From the human T2T-CHM13v2.0 reference genome, Homo sapiens: a stretch of 64,000 nucleotides of DNA. The stretch is taken from the NCBI RefSeq assembly GCF_009914755.1, contig NC_060938.1, one strand, 5' to 3'. Within the stretch, counting starts at the first letter, position 1. Every line of letters begins with the position of its first letter. Under the pieces are notes generated by a model. The model did not search any database and had not been told where the DNA came from. It saw only the letters and a list, made by a program, of their open reading frames with translations. Below are positions 1 through 12,409 of the stretch, piece by piece. The position numbers were made by a program, and so were the translations under genes.

Positions 1-944
1 TCCTTGTATCCATCCAAACATCGAATCATCCACCCATCCATTTATCCTTTCTTTTACTGCTATGCCTATATATCTTTATACCTTTTCTCTTTTTGCATAT
101 ATATAACCGCATGTGTGTGCCTATGTATGTGTATAATTTTTAATAGGCATATATAGAACACTTAGGGTCTTTGTCCTCACAGAGCACAGTCTAGTGATCT
201 AATGGCTGGGACATTGTTGGCTGAACTGGAATGTGGATATCAATGTGCTCTTTTCCCACTGATTTGGCGTCTCCCTTTGGGATTTGGGATATCCTGTGGA
301 TATGGCAGATATCCTCAACTTAATAGCCATAATGCTGGAAATGTTCCAGTGAAATTACCTGAAGGAAACAAGGCCAGGCTAATGTGGATGACTTGGTAAG
401 GAAGAGACTAGATCAGTTTTTTTTTTCTTTTCATTTTGTGTTGTTTTTTTGTTTTCTGGAGAAAAATGTACACATTGCCTCCAGATAACAAAACAAAAAT
501 TATATCAGTCCATTGCATTGTACTGCATTATGCACTTTTAAAACACCTCTCCAGCCATTATTTATTCAATCAATGAGACATTTGGTCAGAGTTCATTACA
601 TGAACTTACTGTGTACATGGGGTTGGCCTTATCCATGCTCTTATAGAACTGAACTCAAAGGAGATGAACACATAAATCATGAGGAGAATGAGTAGGAGTA
701 TTGACCACTATATTGGCCATGATATGACTCTGGGGTCATCTCAGAAACCATGTGCTTCATCAACCACTGGGTGCCAGAGATCATCGGTGTGTGGAGAGGC
801 TCAAGGAGGCTTCCCTGAGAGCCTCCTGAGACACAAGCAGACCTCAGGCCATCTGACCTAATTCATAGGTTGGGTCAGAGGGTCATGGGTAGGCAAAGTG
901 ATGTGCACACAGGCAGTGCTTGGCCACAAGGTTTCACATAAGCT

Positions 945-1178
945 AGCAGAAATAGTTTACACTTTGATTTGGGGACCAGACAGAACTAAAGTCCAATCTT
1001 GTCTTTACATACTTTCAGAGCTGGGGCCTTGATTAAAGGCCCTCAACATCTCTGAGTGTGTATAAAATGAGAAGAAAGCACTTTATCTGTGAAGGATATC
1101 AGAAGGCTTGGAAATAATGCATGCATAACACTGAGCTTAATGTCTAGCATAGAGCAGACACTTACTAGACTGTAGCTC
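945..1178 (+). mobile_element. MIR SINE (degenerate)
   Basis: MIR-like core and 3' end (ctcaacatctctgag...tataaaatgaga...gaaataatgcatgcataacact...tctagcatagagcagacact); boundaries approximate. Confidence 0.6.
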
Positions 1179-2057
1179 ACAGCACATGCAGGTTCATTAA
1201 CCAAAGCCCCTCACCTGAGCAGACCAATACTCACAGCTGCTGCTTCTCTCAGCTCTGATCCTCTAACTTATTTTCCAGCCTTTGAGTTCTTTCTCAAATC
1301 AAATGGTCTTTATATAGCTTCCCTGGGCCACAGATTCTGTTTATCTATTCTGCTTCTAGCCTTCCTCGGTAGAAATTTAGTTCCCTCCAGCCCCAGAGGT
1401 TTGGAAGGGTGTGGTTGAGGGTTGCACTAATATCCTGTGGGCAATAGCTTCACTGAGCTTGACTACCCATTGCAAGGAGAATCCAATACATCTTGAGTAC
1501 ATTCACATAAAACATCAGCAAAATTAGTTTCATTCCTTTTTAAAAGACAGGAAACAATTTAAGAGTTAACCTACCTAAAAGATACACAGCTAGGAAGGAG
1601 TGGAGTTTAGCTGTTACCCTAAGTCTCTCTAAGAGACTTAGTACTAGTCTGCTGGCAGCACTGGATTTCCAGTCTAGTAGTTTGAAAAGCACATCATATA
1701 TAGATTTGTACATTGCTGCACATGTAGTGGACCTGGATTTGGATGATATCCAAATCACACACGACAATTTTAGTAAAAGAGGTGGCTCTTTGCTCCAGGG
1801 AATTTGTAGTATCACTGAGTGAACAGAACATGAAATCAGGAAAGAGGAAACAAAGTTTTATTGAGACAAAGCAACACCCAGAAAGCTCACTTGATCCAGG
1901 GAACCTGAACATGATAATGGTGGTACTTGTCAGGACTTGGAGCAGCAGGTGCAAGATTTAGTGGGTTGGTTTTAGAATATCTGCTTGGAAAGTGGAAAAA
2001 CTCAATGGATCATCTAGACTTTGGAATTTATCTCCTTCCCCACTTCTCCACTCCCCC

Positions 2058-2090
2058 AACAACAACAACAACAACAATGACAACAAAAAC
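2058..2090. repeat. (CAA)n microsatellite
   Basis: caacaacaacaacaacaacaatgacaacaaaaac. Confidence 0.9.
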
Positions 2091-2196
2091 ACCTGGAATA
2101 AACAGGTCATACAACGAGGTAGTTGATAGAATAATGTACTTTCCTTTCAGGCACCCCTTGGAGGAGGCAGATTCTGCCCTTTAAGCTGAATCTGCC

Positions 2197-2273
2197 TTTC
2201 CTGCATTTCCTGAAACTCCTGCATTTCCTGAAATCTTCCTGTATTTTCCTGAAATTTCCTGCCATTCCTGAAA
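2197..2273. repeat. ~19-bp degenerate tandem repeat (TTCCTGCATTTCCTGAAA), 4 copies
   Basis: Units tttcctgcatttcctgaaa / ctcctgcatttcctgaaa / tcttcctgtattttcctgaaa / tttcctgccattcctgaaa. Confidence 0.9.
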
Positions 2274-2607
2274 CTTTAAGGTAACTGTGTCATTAAAGGA
2301 AGGAGAGAAGGGAAGTATTAGGACTGCAGATTTGGGGTGCATGATCAGCCTGGCTCTGAGCTTGCAGACTCCCAGAGTCAGGGAAGGGAGGAGCCACCAG
2401 CAACCTTGTGGCTTACTTGCTGAGCCCTGTCATCTGCCTGAAGCCCAGAGGTGAAGGCATTCTGAAGGTAGTTGAGGCAAAACAAAGCTAGAACATCCTT
2501 CTCAAATGCACGACATATATTCATCTACCCCTTGGATAAGTTAGAAAACAGAGGCTGAGGGTTGTAGACCCAACTGTGTGACTCCTACAATTAAAGATTT
2601 CCTGAAC

Positions 2608-2808
2608 CAGGGGGTGGCAAAGTACCCCCTCTGTCCAAACCAAGCCCCTCCATCTGTTTATGTAAATAATACTTTACTGGACACAGCCACACCCATTCAT
2701 TGATGTATTCTCTATGGCTGCTTTCCTGGGTGCAAGAAAGATGTCTGGCCTGGAAAGATGAAAATATTTACTATCTGGCCCTTTACTGAAAAAGTTTGCT
2801 AAACCCTG
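2608..2808 (+). mobile_element. MER58A (hAT-Charlie MITE)
   Basis: Terminal inverted repeats cagggggtggcaaa...tttgctaaaccctg; internal cacagccacacccattc and aaaatatttactatctggccctttac match the MER58A consensus. Confidence 0.9.
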
Positions 2809-3354
2809 AAGAGGGGCACTTACCAGGGTAGGTGTCTCTGCTCAGTAGACACCTTTATGTGACAATTTCCAAAGGGACGCTAACCCTGGTTAGTCTGTCA
2901 AATAAATAAAATATTACAGGCCTTCCCAGTCAAAGACACAGAGTACAAGAAAGAAAGAAAAATAATAATAAAAGGTAATCCCATCGGATTTATCATTTCA
3001 GCCCTGAAGCAAGCCGAATGCATCTAAAGAACCCTTTCTCAGTAGAGTGGTGAGGCTGTCGAGAAGGGGACCCATCCACAGGAGCTGACAGGGAAACCAA
3101 CTCAGGGAAGGGGCTGTTGATGTCCAAGGTCAGTGCTGGCGGGGAGACCACAATCCTCTGAAGACCAGCCTTAAGCTTTAATTTGTCAGGTGTTTTCTGG
3201 CATCTGAATCCTACTTACAATTGATATGGGTGGGGTGACGGGGGTACATTTGCTGTTAAAGAACAATTTGCAATTGAAATATGACCAATGCATTATTAAT
3301 GCCAGGAGCCATTCTGGGACAATATTTATTTACTCTTGTACAGTCAGAAGAGTC

Positions 3355-3507
3355 TCACAAGAGAAAGGTAAAAGAAAAAGAGAGAAGGACAAGGGAATGA
3401 TGGAAAAAAGAAAGAGAAAGGAGACAGGCCAACAGAAAGAGAAAAAGTGGGAAAGAAAAGAGAGAGGCTGGCTTTCTTTTCTTTCTTTCTTTTTTTTTTT
3501 TTTTTTT
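3355..3507. repeat. Purine-rich tract followed by (CTTT)n/poly-T
   Basis: About 110 bp of GA-rich sequence immediately followed by ctttcttttctttctttct and a long T run. Confidence 0.85.
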
Positions 3508-4149
3508 GATGTGTTTGCCTTCACGACTTCGAAGTTCTTGCTAATTCCATCTGTCCACAACAGAGCCATCGACGGCGAGAAAAAGCATTTCCATATGTGT
3601 AAATTAGCATCCAGCCTCCCTTAATCTGTGCTGTGGTCCTCTGAAGTAGATGGTGAGCTTGCCTGCCAAACCCACTAATGGCATCCGAATAGAGACATTA
3701 TTGGCTGGAACTGCTGTGGGGCTGTTCTCCCCTCCAACTCTGAACCGGCCCTGGTCTCTTCTGTTGCTTCTACTCTGGACTGACGGTGTCACTTTGCTCA
3801 ATTTCCAGTAAACACATGGCCCCAGCAGCCCCACTCCCTTAATGAAAGCCCCTTTCCCTGCAGACCCATGCATCTCTCTTCTAATGAGATTAGGCCCTTA
3901 CATAGTGACACTGTGGTCGCCCTGCCCAGTGGCAGCTCACATGGCCAGCCTGGCTTTCAGAGATTCATAAGAATGTCTGCTGGCATCTGCTCCAAGCCTG
4001 TCCCCTCAATAGGTTGGAAGGGAGCCCACAAACCTTGCCCAGCCTCTCACCCACTGGCGGCCACACCTTTCTCTCTTTTGTTCCTTTTCTTTGTCCAGAT
4101 AAGCCTGGTTCCTCTCTTTCTATTTCAATCTTGCTCAGGACACAGCACT

Positions 4150-4330
4150 TTATTCATTTATTCAAAAAGCATTTGTGAAATTATTAGGAGGTGCAAGAAA
4201 ACGGCAGAGATTGGATGTAGTTCCTTTTCTCTTGATGCTTACACTCTGCTTGTGTAGATACAGGAGGCAGGAAACAAACAGTTGGAAGCTGGAGGTGCTT
4301 TCCAACGCAAATGTGTAAGAGCTAGAGGGG
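4150..4330 (-). mobile_element. L2 3' fragment
   Basis: ttattcatttattcaaaaagcattt...ctcttgatgcttacactct resembles the reverse L2 tail. Confidence 0.45.
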
Positions 4331-5679
4331 AGTATTTAGAAGGGACCGCCCGCAACGTATGATTTTGGTTTCCTGGGTTTCACCCTTGGCATTTTCTCAG
4401 GATTTTGGCTTAAGCCCATTCATTTTACCAATCCTATCCTGACCCTCTGCGGTGGTTTGTGCCTATCATCCCAGCTCTGAATACAAAGAACTTGTCCCTG
4501 TGCTGACATCTCTAAAGGATCCCAGTGAAACACTTCTGTACCTGGATTATATTTTTCCCTATAAACCTCTTGGGGAAACCTTCTTTTGCCCATTTATTAA
4601 GGAGTACATGAGGCATTTGGAGCAATTGGAAAGGGTGAACCCTTAAGGTCATTGAGTTCCTCAATATCCTCCCTTCCTACTCCTGTGGGATTTTTCCACC
4701 CACTCTTTGGAAGCTCCCACACTGCTGATAGCATTTTTGTCATTGTTTTGTTATTACAAAAGGGAGACACCAATAATATACTGTGGCAGAAAGTGAAATA
4801 TTCCTCCCCCCTTTTTCTTTTTGTCTGTGCCCTTTTCATTCCTTCTGGATATCAGAGGGTGAGAATCAACGAAAGCAATCAATACATGAAAGGCTGACCA
4901 GTCCAAGTCTCTTGAGGAAGAAGGAGGTGTCACGTGATCTTGGGTGACACTCGTGCATCAGGAGGTTAATGCTGTATGCCTCTGTCTTCTCATTCAGAAG
5001 TTGAGTCTTCCTGAAGACTCCCCTCTTGTCCTGATGCCATCTTCAGCCTCGCTTGGATTTTCAGTGGATGGATGAGGCACAGTGCTCTGAGTTCCCTCCA
5101 GGAGGGCTGGGAAGGACCAGGACCACTCCCTCTTCCTGTGGTCCTACACAGTGACCCACTCTCACTCTATCTGCACGTTCCTGATTCCCTCCAGCTGTGG
5201 AGAACTTCCAAGAATAATCTAGAAATTCCAGAACATTTAGGCTGGAACCAGGAGGATCTCAGAAAGCACATCATCTGCTTTTCCAACCTCTCATTTTACA
5301 GAAGAGAAGAATTCCTGAAGAGACCGATGAACGAGACAAGCACTTAACCTCAACAGAGTCTTAGGCAAAATCACATCACTCTTCAGCTCATCAAAGTCCC
5401 GGGTGACAGACTTGGAAGAAAGAACAGAAAATGTGGATTCAGGAAAGCAGCCTATAGAGCAGAGAATGGCTGTCACGCAAGATTGGTTCCATTTATTCTA
5501 TGTGGCCCCAAGGGCAGCCCTAGTAACAGTGGCTGGGAAATCATGGAGAGTGCAATATTGGGGCTCAATATAAGGAATTATTCCCTGTTTTTCAGAGATC
5601 TCCAAAGAGGAAACCAGTTGCCTCACCGTGGACATCGAATAATCAGCATGCTTACAGAAAAGGAAATTACAAGACAGCT

Positions 5680-5890
5680 GCCATTTACAAAGCATGTTCC
5701 AGACCACCAAGTCCTCTTCCACATGATAATTTGATCCTGATACCATCTCTATGAAGCAGGTACTAATTTCCACTCACTTGTTTCTAACGAGGAAACCGAG
5801 GCTGTGCAGGGCACAACAAATGATGTAAACCTTCAGGACTCATCATGAACAAACTCCAAAGCCAGGCTGGAACTTCTGACTTTACATTCC
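5680..5890 (-). mobile_element. MIR (degenerate)
   Basis: atttgatcct...tatgaagcaggtacta...gaggaaaccgaggct, the reverse MIR core. Confidence 0.55.
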
Positions 5891-6374
5891 AAATGTATCA
5901 TTATTATAAACCTTCTATTACCGAAGGTACTCGAGAAGGCAGTGAGACAGTGACACGGGTGCTTTTGTACAAGATGCCAGCTTCATGTGAGGTCTCAGGT
6001 CAGAGCAAATGAGTGTCCCTTCAGAAAGCTAAAGCCCGGGGGCTCCCCAGGTGACCTGATGGCCCATGACCACGTAGTTGGTGCACACACATGCTACGGT
6101 TAAAGATATTTGCTATTTCCAATTCACAACTTTTACTGTTACACAAAGATTTTGCATGGAATTCCTTCTACGTGAAGTATTCCTCTCCTACTTCCTATGA
6201 TTCTCGATAAATATTAACTGAAGTTAATATTTACATAAATATATTTAGGATAAAATCTTAAACTCAAATAAGCTATCATCTTTTCTGTGAACCCCTCAGT
6301 CTCTCACTGCCACTCCCAAGTACCCACCCTCCAAACACCCTTGCCCTGAATCATCAACCCCATCTGTAATTTTT

Positions 6375-6497
6375 ATTCTCTTATTTATACCTTTGACTTG
6401 ACTATGAATGCTTTGAGAGAAGGACCTTGTCTCATACACCTCAACATCTTTGTCCCTGGCATGCTGTAGATGCCAAGTAAAATCTGAATGAATGACT
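6375..6497 (+). mobile_element. L2 3' end
   Basis: gactatgaatgctttgagagaaggaccttgtct...ctgaatgaatga terminal repeat. Confidence 0.6.
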
Positions 6498-7029
6498 GAT
6501 GTAGATGCACCAAGCCTGTTAGAAACTGCTTGCCTCGGGATATCCAAATTTTTTCTCTCCCACGTGCCCACAAGACTTGGCTTCTGATGCAAAGGAGAGA
6601 ACCATACCTGGCGTCCTCGCCAGCTTGAATGCTGGGAAGGTCCTTGCGGCTGCTAAGCCTGCCTTGCCTGGTGGTGCCAGGAATGGAACCACAGTCTCTT
6701 GAGCATAGCAGATTCCATATGCTAGCCCCCTAGTCTGCTAAATCACCAGCCAGCCTAAATTTGAAACATTTCTAAAGTGTTATACAATGTTGCAATAATG
6801 TTTTTACAAAACAAAGGCTGAGTTACTGGAAGCCATTTTTGACCAATCAGCATCTTACTGAAAGAGGAGCCCTGATTGTACCATGGGTGACACAGTGCAA
6901 AGAAAAAAAAAGATACCACAATCAGAGCTCAGCCAGGAAACATGTGTTTTGTAAATGGGGAAGGGGTGGTGAGGGACTATGGTTGAAATGGGAGTGAGGG
7001 GGGGGCCAGGGATTGTGAGTGGAAAATGG

Positions 7030-7720
7030 TTTAAAGTGAAAAAGTTGAACACAAATCCCAGGCAGATAATGCTCAGCTCTTGGGTCCTGGGGACCAATTG
7101 TACTGAGATGAAATGGTAGATGCCACTTAGAGTTAGGAAAAGTTAGCGGTCAATCAAACTTCATCCACATGGTAATGGGAGCCCTCACACAGCTTCATGC
7201 ACTTGGGCTATATTAACAGTGGTAGTGTCTCAGGAAAGGGAGGTGACTGCCTTGCTCTGGTCTGTGCCAGCCAGCCCACACTTGGCATTTTGTCTTTAAT
7301 TCTGAACACCAAGCTTCACAGAGGATGTGCAGAGAGAATACTCAGCGGGGAGTGACTGAGATACAGACAGCATAAAACATCAGCACCTATCCAACATAAA
7401 GGTCAACTTAAAAAGAAAACATCTTGACTATTAGAGGCATGAACTATGTTCAAATAGCTGAAGAACTATAATGAAAGGCCTGGATTGTGTTTTCGCCAAA
7501 TTCCTTGCTCATTTTGGGCCCTCTGTGGTGAGTTCTTGCATAGATGGACGGATAGATGAGAGAATATGGACAGAGGGGAAGGGAGAAATACCTCGGGCCC
7601 TTGGAAAGAAAAATCACAGAGGATGCTCCCATTTGGTGGGAGGAAGAACATTGCAACAGAATGAGCTCTTCAGAGAGATGCTGACTGCCACAGACAGTGG
7701 TGAATTATCTGCCACTGGGT
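7030..7720 (+). mobile_element. L3/CR1 LINE fossil (RT region)
   Basis: cttgggctatattaacagtggtagtgtctcaggaaagggaggtga...ctctgg...cccacacttgg...ttctgaacacca resembles the CR1/L3 RT C-terminal consensus. Confidence 0.65.
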
Positions 7721-8199
7721 TTGCTGAAGCAGAAAGGCATGGACCCCCTAGCCAGAAATGATGAACTATGGACCCAAATGACAGCTGGGGCAGTGACGTG
7801 CAGGCTGGGTGAGCATTGGGTGAGTCAGGACACTTCTTACTATAGCTCACGGAAAATCCAACTCAAGACAGCTGAAGCACCCAGGGATGTGTGAGTTCCC
7901 CTGGCAAGAAGGTTAGGGACAGGGCAGGTAGGTTTTGTGGCTCCATAATATTTTCACACTCCACCTTCCTCAGCATGTTGTGAGCACAGTTCCAAGTACT
8001 GCAGAAAGACGCAGATGAAATAGTGGAGTGGGACTGCAGAGGTTGTCGTGTTCCAAGGCCCCCATGCTGAAGCTGGATTCTTTCTCCCCTGATGCATTTA
8101 GGGGAAGTAGAAATAAAAGTAGGATTTGGTTACCAAAAGGAAGGGATGGTTGTTGCATGGGCAGCCAACAGTGGCTGCCAGAGCATTTTATATTTCCTT

Positions 8200-9050
8200 C
8201 TCCTCTAATTTTAATTTAGGCTTATACGATATACATATATGTATTTAAATATCAATTTTACCTACTTAAATAGATGATGGCATATGATAGTTAATACTAC
8301 AAAGGTGTATGTCACTTCTTGATACCTTACTATTTTTGAGTTCTCTAGTTCTTTGCAAATATATGGACTCTAGGCATGTGTGTGCGTGTGTGAAAATTAC
8401 TTTTACCTAAATAGGAGTGCTCCATACATACACCTGTCTTAACTAATGTTTAGTTCACTTAGGTAGAGCATTCCATATTAGTACGATGTGTGCTTGTATA
8501 TCTCTGAATATGTGTGTGTATACACCATATATATACACACACATATATATTTATAGATAATACAATTAAATATATCTATTTAATTTCATATATATATGCA
8601 TACATATACACACACACACTTGAAGAATTTTTTTTTAATGGCTATCTACTATTGTGAATATTTAAGGCATTTACTGTATTTTGATTCTACAGATTATGTT
8701 GCAACAAATCTCTTTATACATTTGCTTTACAGAGTCTTCATAAAATAGCTGGCTCAAAGTGTTTGTGAAGCTTTATTCTAACTAGTCACTGCTGAACGTC
8801 TCTGCACTAGTGTTGCAGTAACCTGCGCTTCCAACAGCAATGAAATACTCTGCATAGCTCCTCACACTCTGCCCCACGCAATGTGTTTTTAGACTCACCT
8901 TTGCCAATCTGATAGGAGAAAACTAATATTTGATAATAGTTTTAATTTGCATTTATCTTATTACAAGTAAATTTTGTATATTTTTTATGGGTAAAAGCCA
9001 TTTGTGTTCCTCTTTCTAAGAACTATTGTTCCATAGAAAAACTGTTTTGT
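8200..9050 (-). mobile_element. Old L1 (L1ME-type) 3' region with internal (TA)/(CA) microsatellites
   Basis: ttccaacagcaatg...ttgccaatctgataggagaaaa...gttttaatttgcattt, typical reverse L1M 3' end. Confidence 0.7.
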
Positions 9051-10704
9051 TTAATCTTTTGCCTGCTTTTTTGACTTTTTTTTTGATAATTCCTTAAATG
9101 ACTAAGTTCCAAGAAGTTGATCAAGCCTCTTTCTCTCATCTTTTAGATCATGGGTTAATCTGGAAAATACACAAATGTGAGACAAGAGACAAGACACATC
9201 TCTTCTTTTTTTTCCTGTGGTCACAGAAAGCCACTTGTAGGCAGGGATCTTGGGGTAGCCGTCTGCCCTCCACCCCACCCTTGGCCTGAGACTTGATCAA
9301 GCCACTGCCACTCTGAGACTTCCTTCCCCCTGACAAGGGATCCAATCCACAGAGGCACCTCTTGTCTTTCTTGGGGGCAGTGAGCCATGAATAAGCCGAT
9401 GAGTGTGAAAGCCTTTTCCAAGCCTTTTCCAGACTGTAGAGCTAGTGTGTGTTTCCAAGCTGAAGCCCGGCCTATTGTAGGCTTGGGCAGAATGAAGCAT
9501 GTTTTCTTATTTCCATTTATTCTGTGCCCCAGACGTTCGGCAACACCCACAGCAAAGGCCTTGCATAAGGGATGCCAGGGGCACGACTGCCCAGGCTGCA
9601 CCACTGCCTGGAGACCCACCTCTCAGACCTGGTGTTCATGAGCGGGGTGGCAAGCCAGGCCTGTTGAGCCTCCCCCAACCACCATCTCCTCTTCATCCCT
9701 GAATTGGATCCCTCAGAATCTGAGCTCTCCTAAGACTACCGTTCAAAACTAAGCAACGTTGAAGCTGTTGGAGGCCCTTGCTAGTTGAATATCCCAGCTC
9801 CTCAGTGGGCAGAGGTGCATTCTGAGCAGGGAAGCCAACTGTAGCGTGATTCTAAATCTTCCTTCACTGTGGCAGGATTCTAAATCTTCGTTCCAGCCTC
9901 CCTGTTTCAGGACTGATGAATTATTAACGAGCCCTCTGTTTGTAATGCTGGGCTCTCTGCTTCCTCCAAATTAAATTACTGAGGAATACATTTGATTATA
10001 AACATACTTAGTAAATGTTTTCATTGTTGCTTTCTGTAGCTTCCTTTGTACTAAAGTGTTATAATGTCAAAAAGTCAACCGCAAACATCTACAGCCTGCC
10101 GTGGAAAATCTTTTAAAGCAAACGCTGGGCAAATTAAGTAATCAGAAATGAAAACCACTTTAGGACAATAGTGAATATAATTTGTCATCTCTCAAAAAAG
10201 TCAGGGGAGGGACACTGTAGCAGCTGAGCACTTCTGGAAGGGGTCCTGAAACTGACAGGAGAAAGCTGAGTGGGGTCGGCTGCATCCCTCTTCCTGCTTT
10301 TGCCCCCTGACTAAGACAAGTCTCTCCGTGCCTTTCTTTCCTGATCTGCAGAGTGGGAACACTAAGTCGGTCTGACCTACCCGACAAAGCCTCTAAGAAA
10401 GCAGTTTTATACACAGTAAATTATCTCCAGCTGCGAATGCCAATTACTGTTTTAACAAAAGTAAACAGTGAAAATGCTGAGAAGATGGAGTGTAACAAAT
10501 ATTTAGTCAACAACAATTGCGCCAACAGGGCCGTGGGCTAAGGGGTCCATAGGTTCCACGAGTGAACATTAACATGGTCCCTATCTTCTAGGAGCTCACA
10601 GTCTGGTGGGTAAACACACACACAAAACAATTGTGCGGGTTCAACTGGGCAAGTCTAGCACTGCAGGCACAAACCAACTACTGTAAGTATAGAAGAAGGC
10701 ATTA

Positions 10705-11047
10705 CAGTGGTCCCCCTTATCCAAAGTTTTACTTTCTGTGATTCAGTTACTCAAGATTAACCATGGTCCAAAATAGGTGAGTATGATAGAATAAGATGCT
10801 TTGAGAAAGAGAAAGAGATAGAGAGAGAGACAGACTACATTCATAAAACTTTTCTTATAGTGTGACATTGAGATTGTTCCATTTTATTAGTGGTTATTGT
10901 TGTTCATCTCTTTCTGTGCCTAATTCATAAATTAAACTTTATCATGAATACATATGTGTAGGGAAAAACATAGGCTATATGGCGTTCAGAATTTTCCGAG
11001 GTTTCCGGCATCCACTGGGGTTGGATAACATGGATGAGGGGCTACTG
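10705..11047 (+). mobile_element. MER44A (TcMar-Tigger MITE)
   Basis: Terminal repeats cagtggtcccccttatcc...ggatgaggggctactg, 5' TA target, internal ctgtgcctaattcataaattaaactttatcat. Confidence 0.9.
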
Positions 11048-11241
11048 CATATGCATGACACTGGGAGGACATGGGGCTCAGGGACAGAGCTTTGCTTGCA
11101 GATTTGATAGCAGAGAAAAGATGGAATTTACAGTAGGATCAGAGACATCACAGGGATGCTTCTGGGTGAGAAGGAAGGGAGGAGAGTTTCAGGAAAGGGG
11201 AGCAGTGATCGTGTAAGCCCAAGGTATTGGGTATTAGAGAG

Positions 11242-11593
11242 TGTATTAGTCTGTTCTCATGCTGCTAATAAAAACGTAATTTATAAAGGAAAGAGGTTAA
11301 ATGGACTCACAGTTGCACATGGCTGGGGAGGCCTCACAATTATGGTGAAAGAAGAAGGAAGAGCAAAGGGATGTCTTACATGGTGGCAGGCAAGAAAGAG
11401 CGTGTGTAGGGGAACTTCCCTTTATGAAACCATCAGATCTCGTGAGACTTATTCACTGTCATGAGAATAGCATGAGAAAGATCCACCCGCATGATTCAAT
11501 TACCTCCCATCTGGTCCATCCCAAGACACATGGGAATTATGGGAGCTACAATTCAAGATGAGATTTGGGTGGGGACACAGCCAAACAATATCA
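11242..11593 (-). mobile_element. THE1 (C/D-like) MaLR solo LTR
   Basis: tgtattagtctgttctcatgctgc...gggtggggacacagccaaacaatatca with a perfect 5-bp target-site duplication (TSD) GAGAG at 11237-11241 and 11594-11598. Confidence 0.95.
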
Positions 11594-11786
11594 GAGAGCA
11601 CTGCCTTGAGGACCGGAAAGTCGATAATGTTTATGGGTAGAGTGGAGACAAGGGAGTTGGGCGAACTTGCTGGGGCCCAACTATCAAGGGCCTTGGACTG
11701 CCATCTTGAAGAGTTTGGAGGCTCTTCTGTGGCTAATAGAAGCCATTGATACATTTACATAATAAATTGCTATCACAACTGTCTTT

Positions 11787-12409
11787 CTTTTTAATTATAC
11801 TTTAAGTTCTAGGGTACATGTGCACAACATGCAGGTTTGTTACATATATATACATGTGCCATGTTGGTGTGCTGCACCCATTAACTCGTCATTTACATTA
11901 GGTGTATCTCCTAATGCTACCCCTCCCCCCTCCCCCCACCCCAAAACAGGCCCCGGTGTGTAATGTTCCCCTTCCTGTGTCCATGTGTTCTCATTGTTCA
12001 ATTCCCACCTATGAGTGAGAACCTGCGGTGTTTGGTTTTTTGCCCTTGCGATAGTTTGCTGAGAATGATGATTTCCAGCTTCATCCATGTCCCTACAAGG
12101 ACATGAACTCATCATTTTTTATGGCTGCATAGTATTCCATGGTGTATTTGTGCCACATTTTCTTAATCCAGTCTATCATTGTTGGACATTTGGGTTAGTT
12201 CCAAGTCTTTGCTATTGTGAATAGTGCCGCAATAAACATACGTGAACATGTATGTGTCTTTATAGCAGCATGATTTATAATCCTTTGGTTATATACCCAG
12301 TAATGGGATGGCTGGGTCAAATGGTATTTCTAGTTGTAGATCCCTGAAGAATTGCCACACTGTCTTCCACAATGGTTGAACTAGTTTACAGTCCCACAAA
12401 CAGTGTAAA
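11787..12409 (-). mobile_element. L1PA (L1PA4/5-like), 5'-truncated 3' end
   Basis: ttatactttaagttctagggtacatgtgcacaac... L1PA 3' UTR; TSD aactgtcttt at 11777-11786 and 12410-12419. Confidence 0.95.

Larger units (their letters stand above)
10495..11750 (-). mobile_element. L2 fragment interrupted by MER44A and THE1
   Basis: acaaatattt...catggtccctatcttctaggagctcacagtct on the left and agggccttggactgccat...agccattga on the right. Confidence 0.55.

Noticed and set aside
3226-3624. Lys/Arg-rich then Phe-rich 132-aa ORF
   Set aside because: Translation of the purine tract and poly-T.
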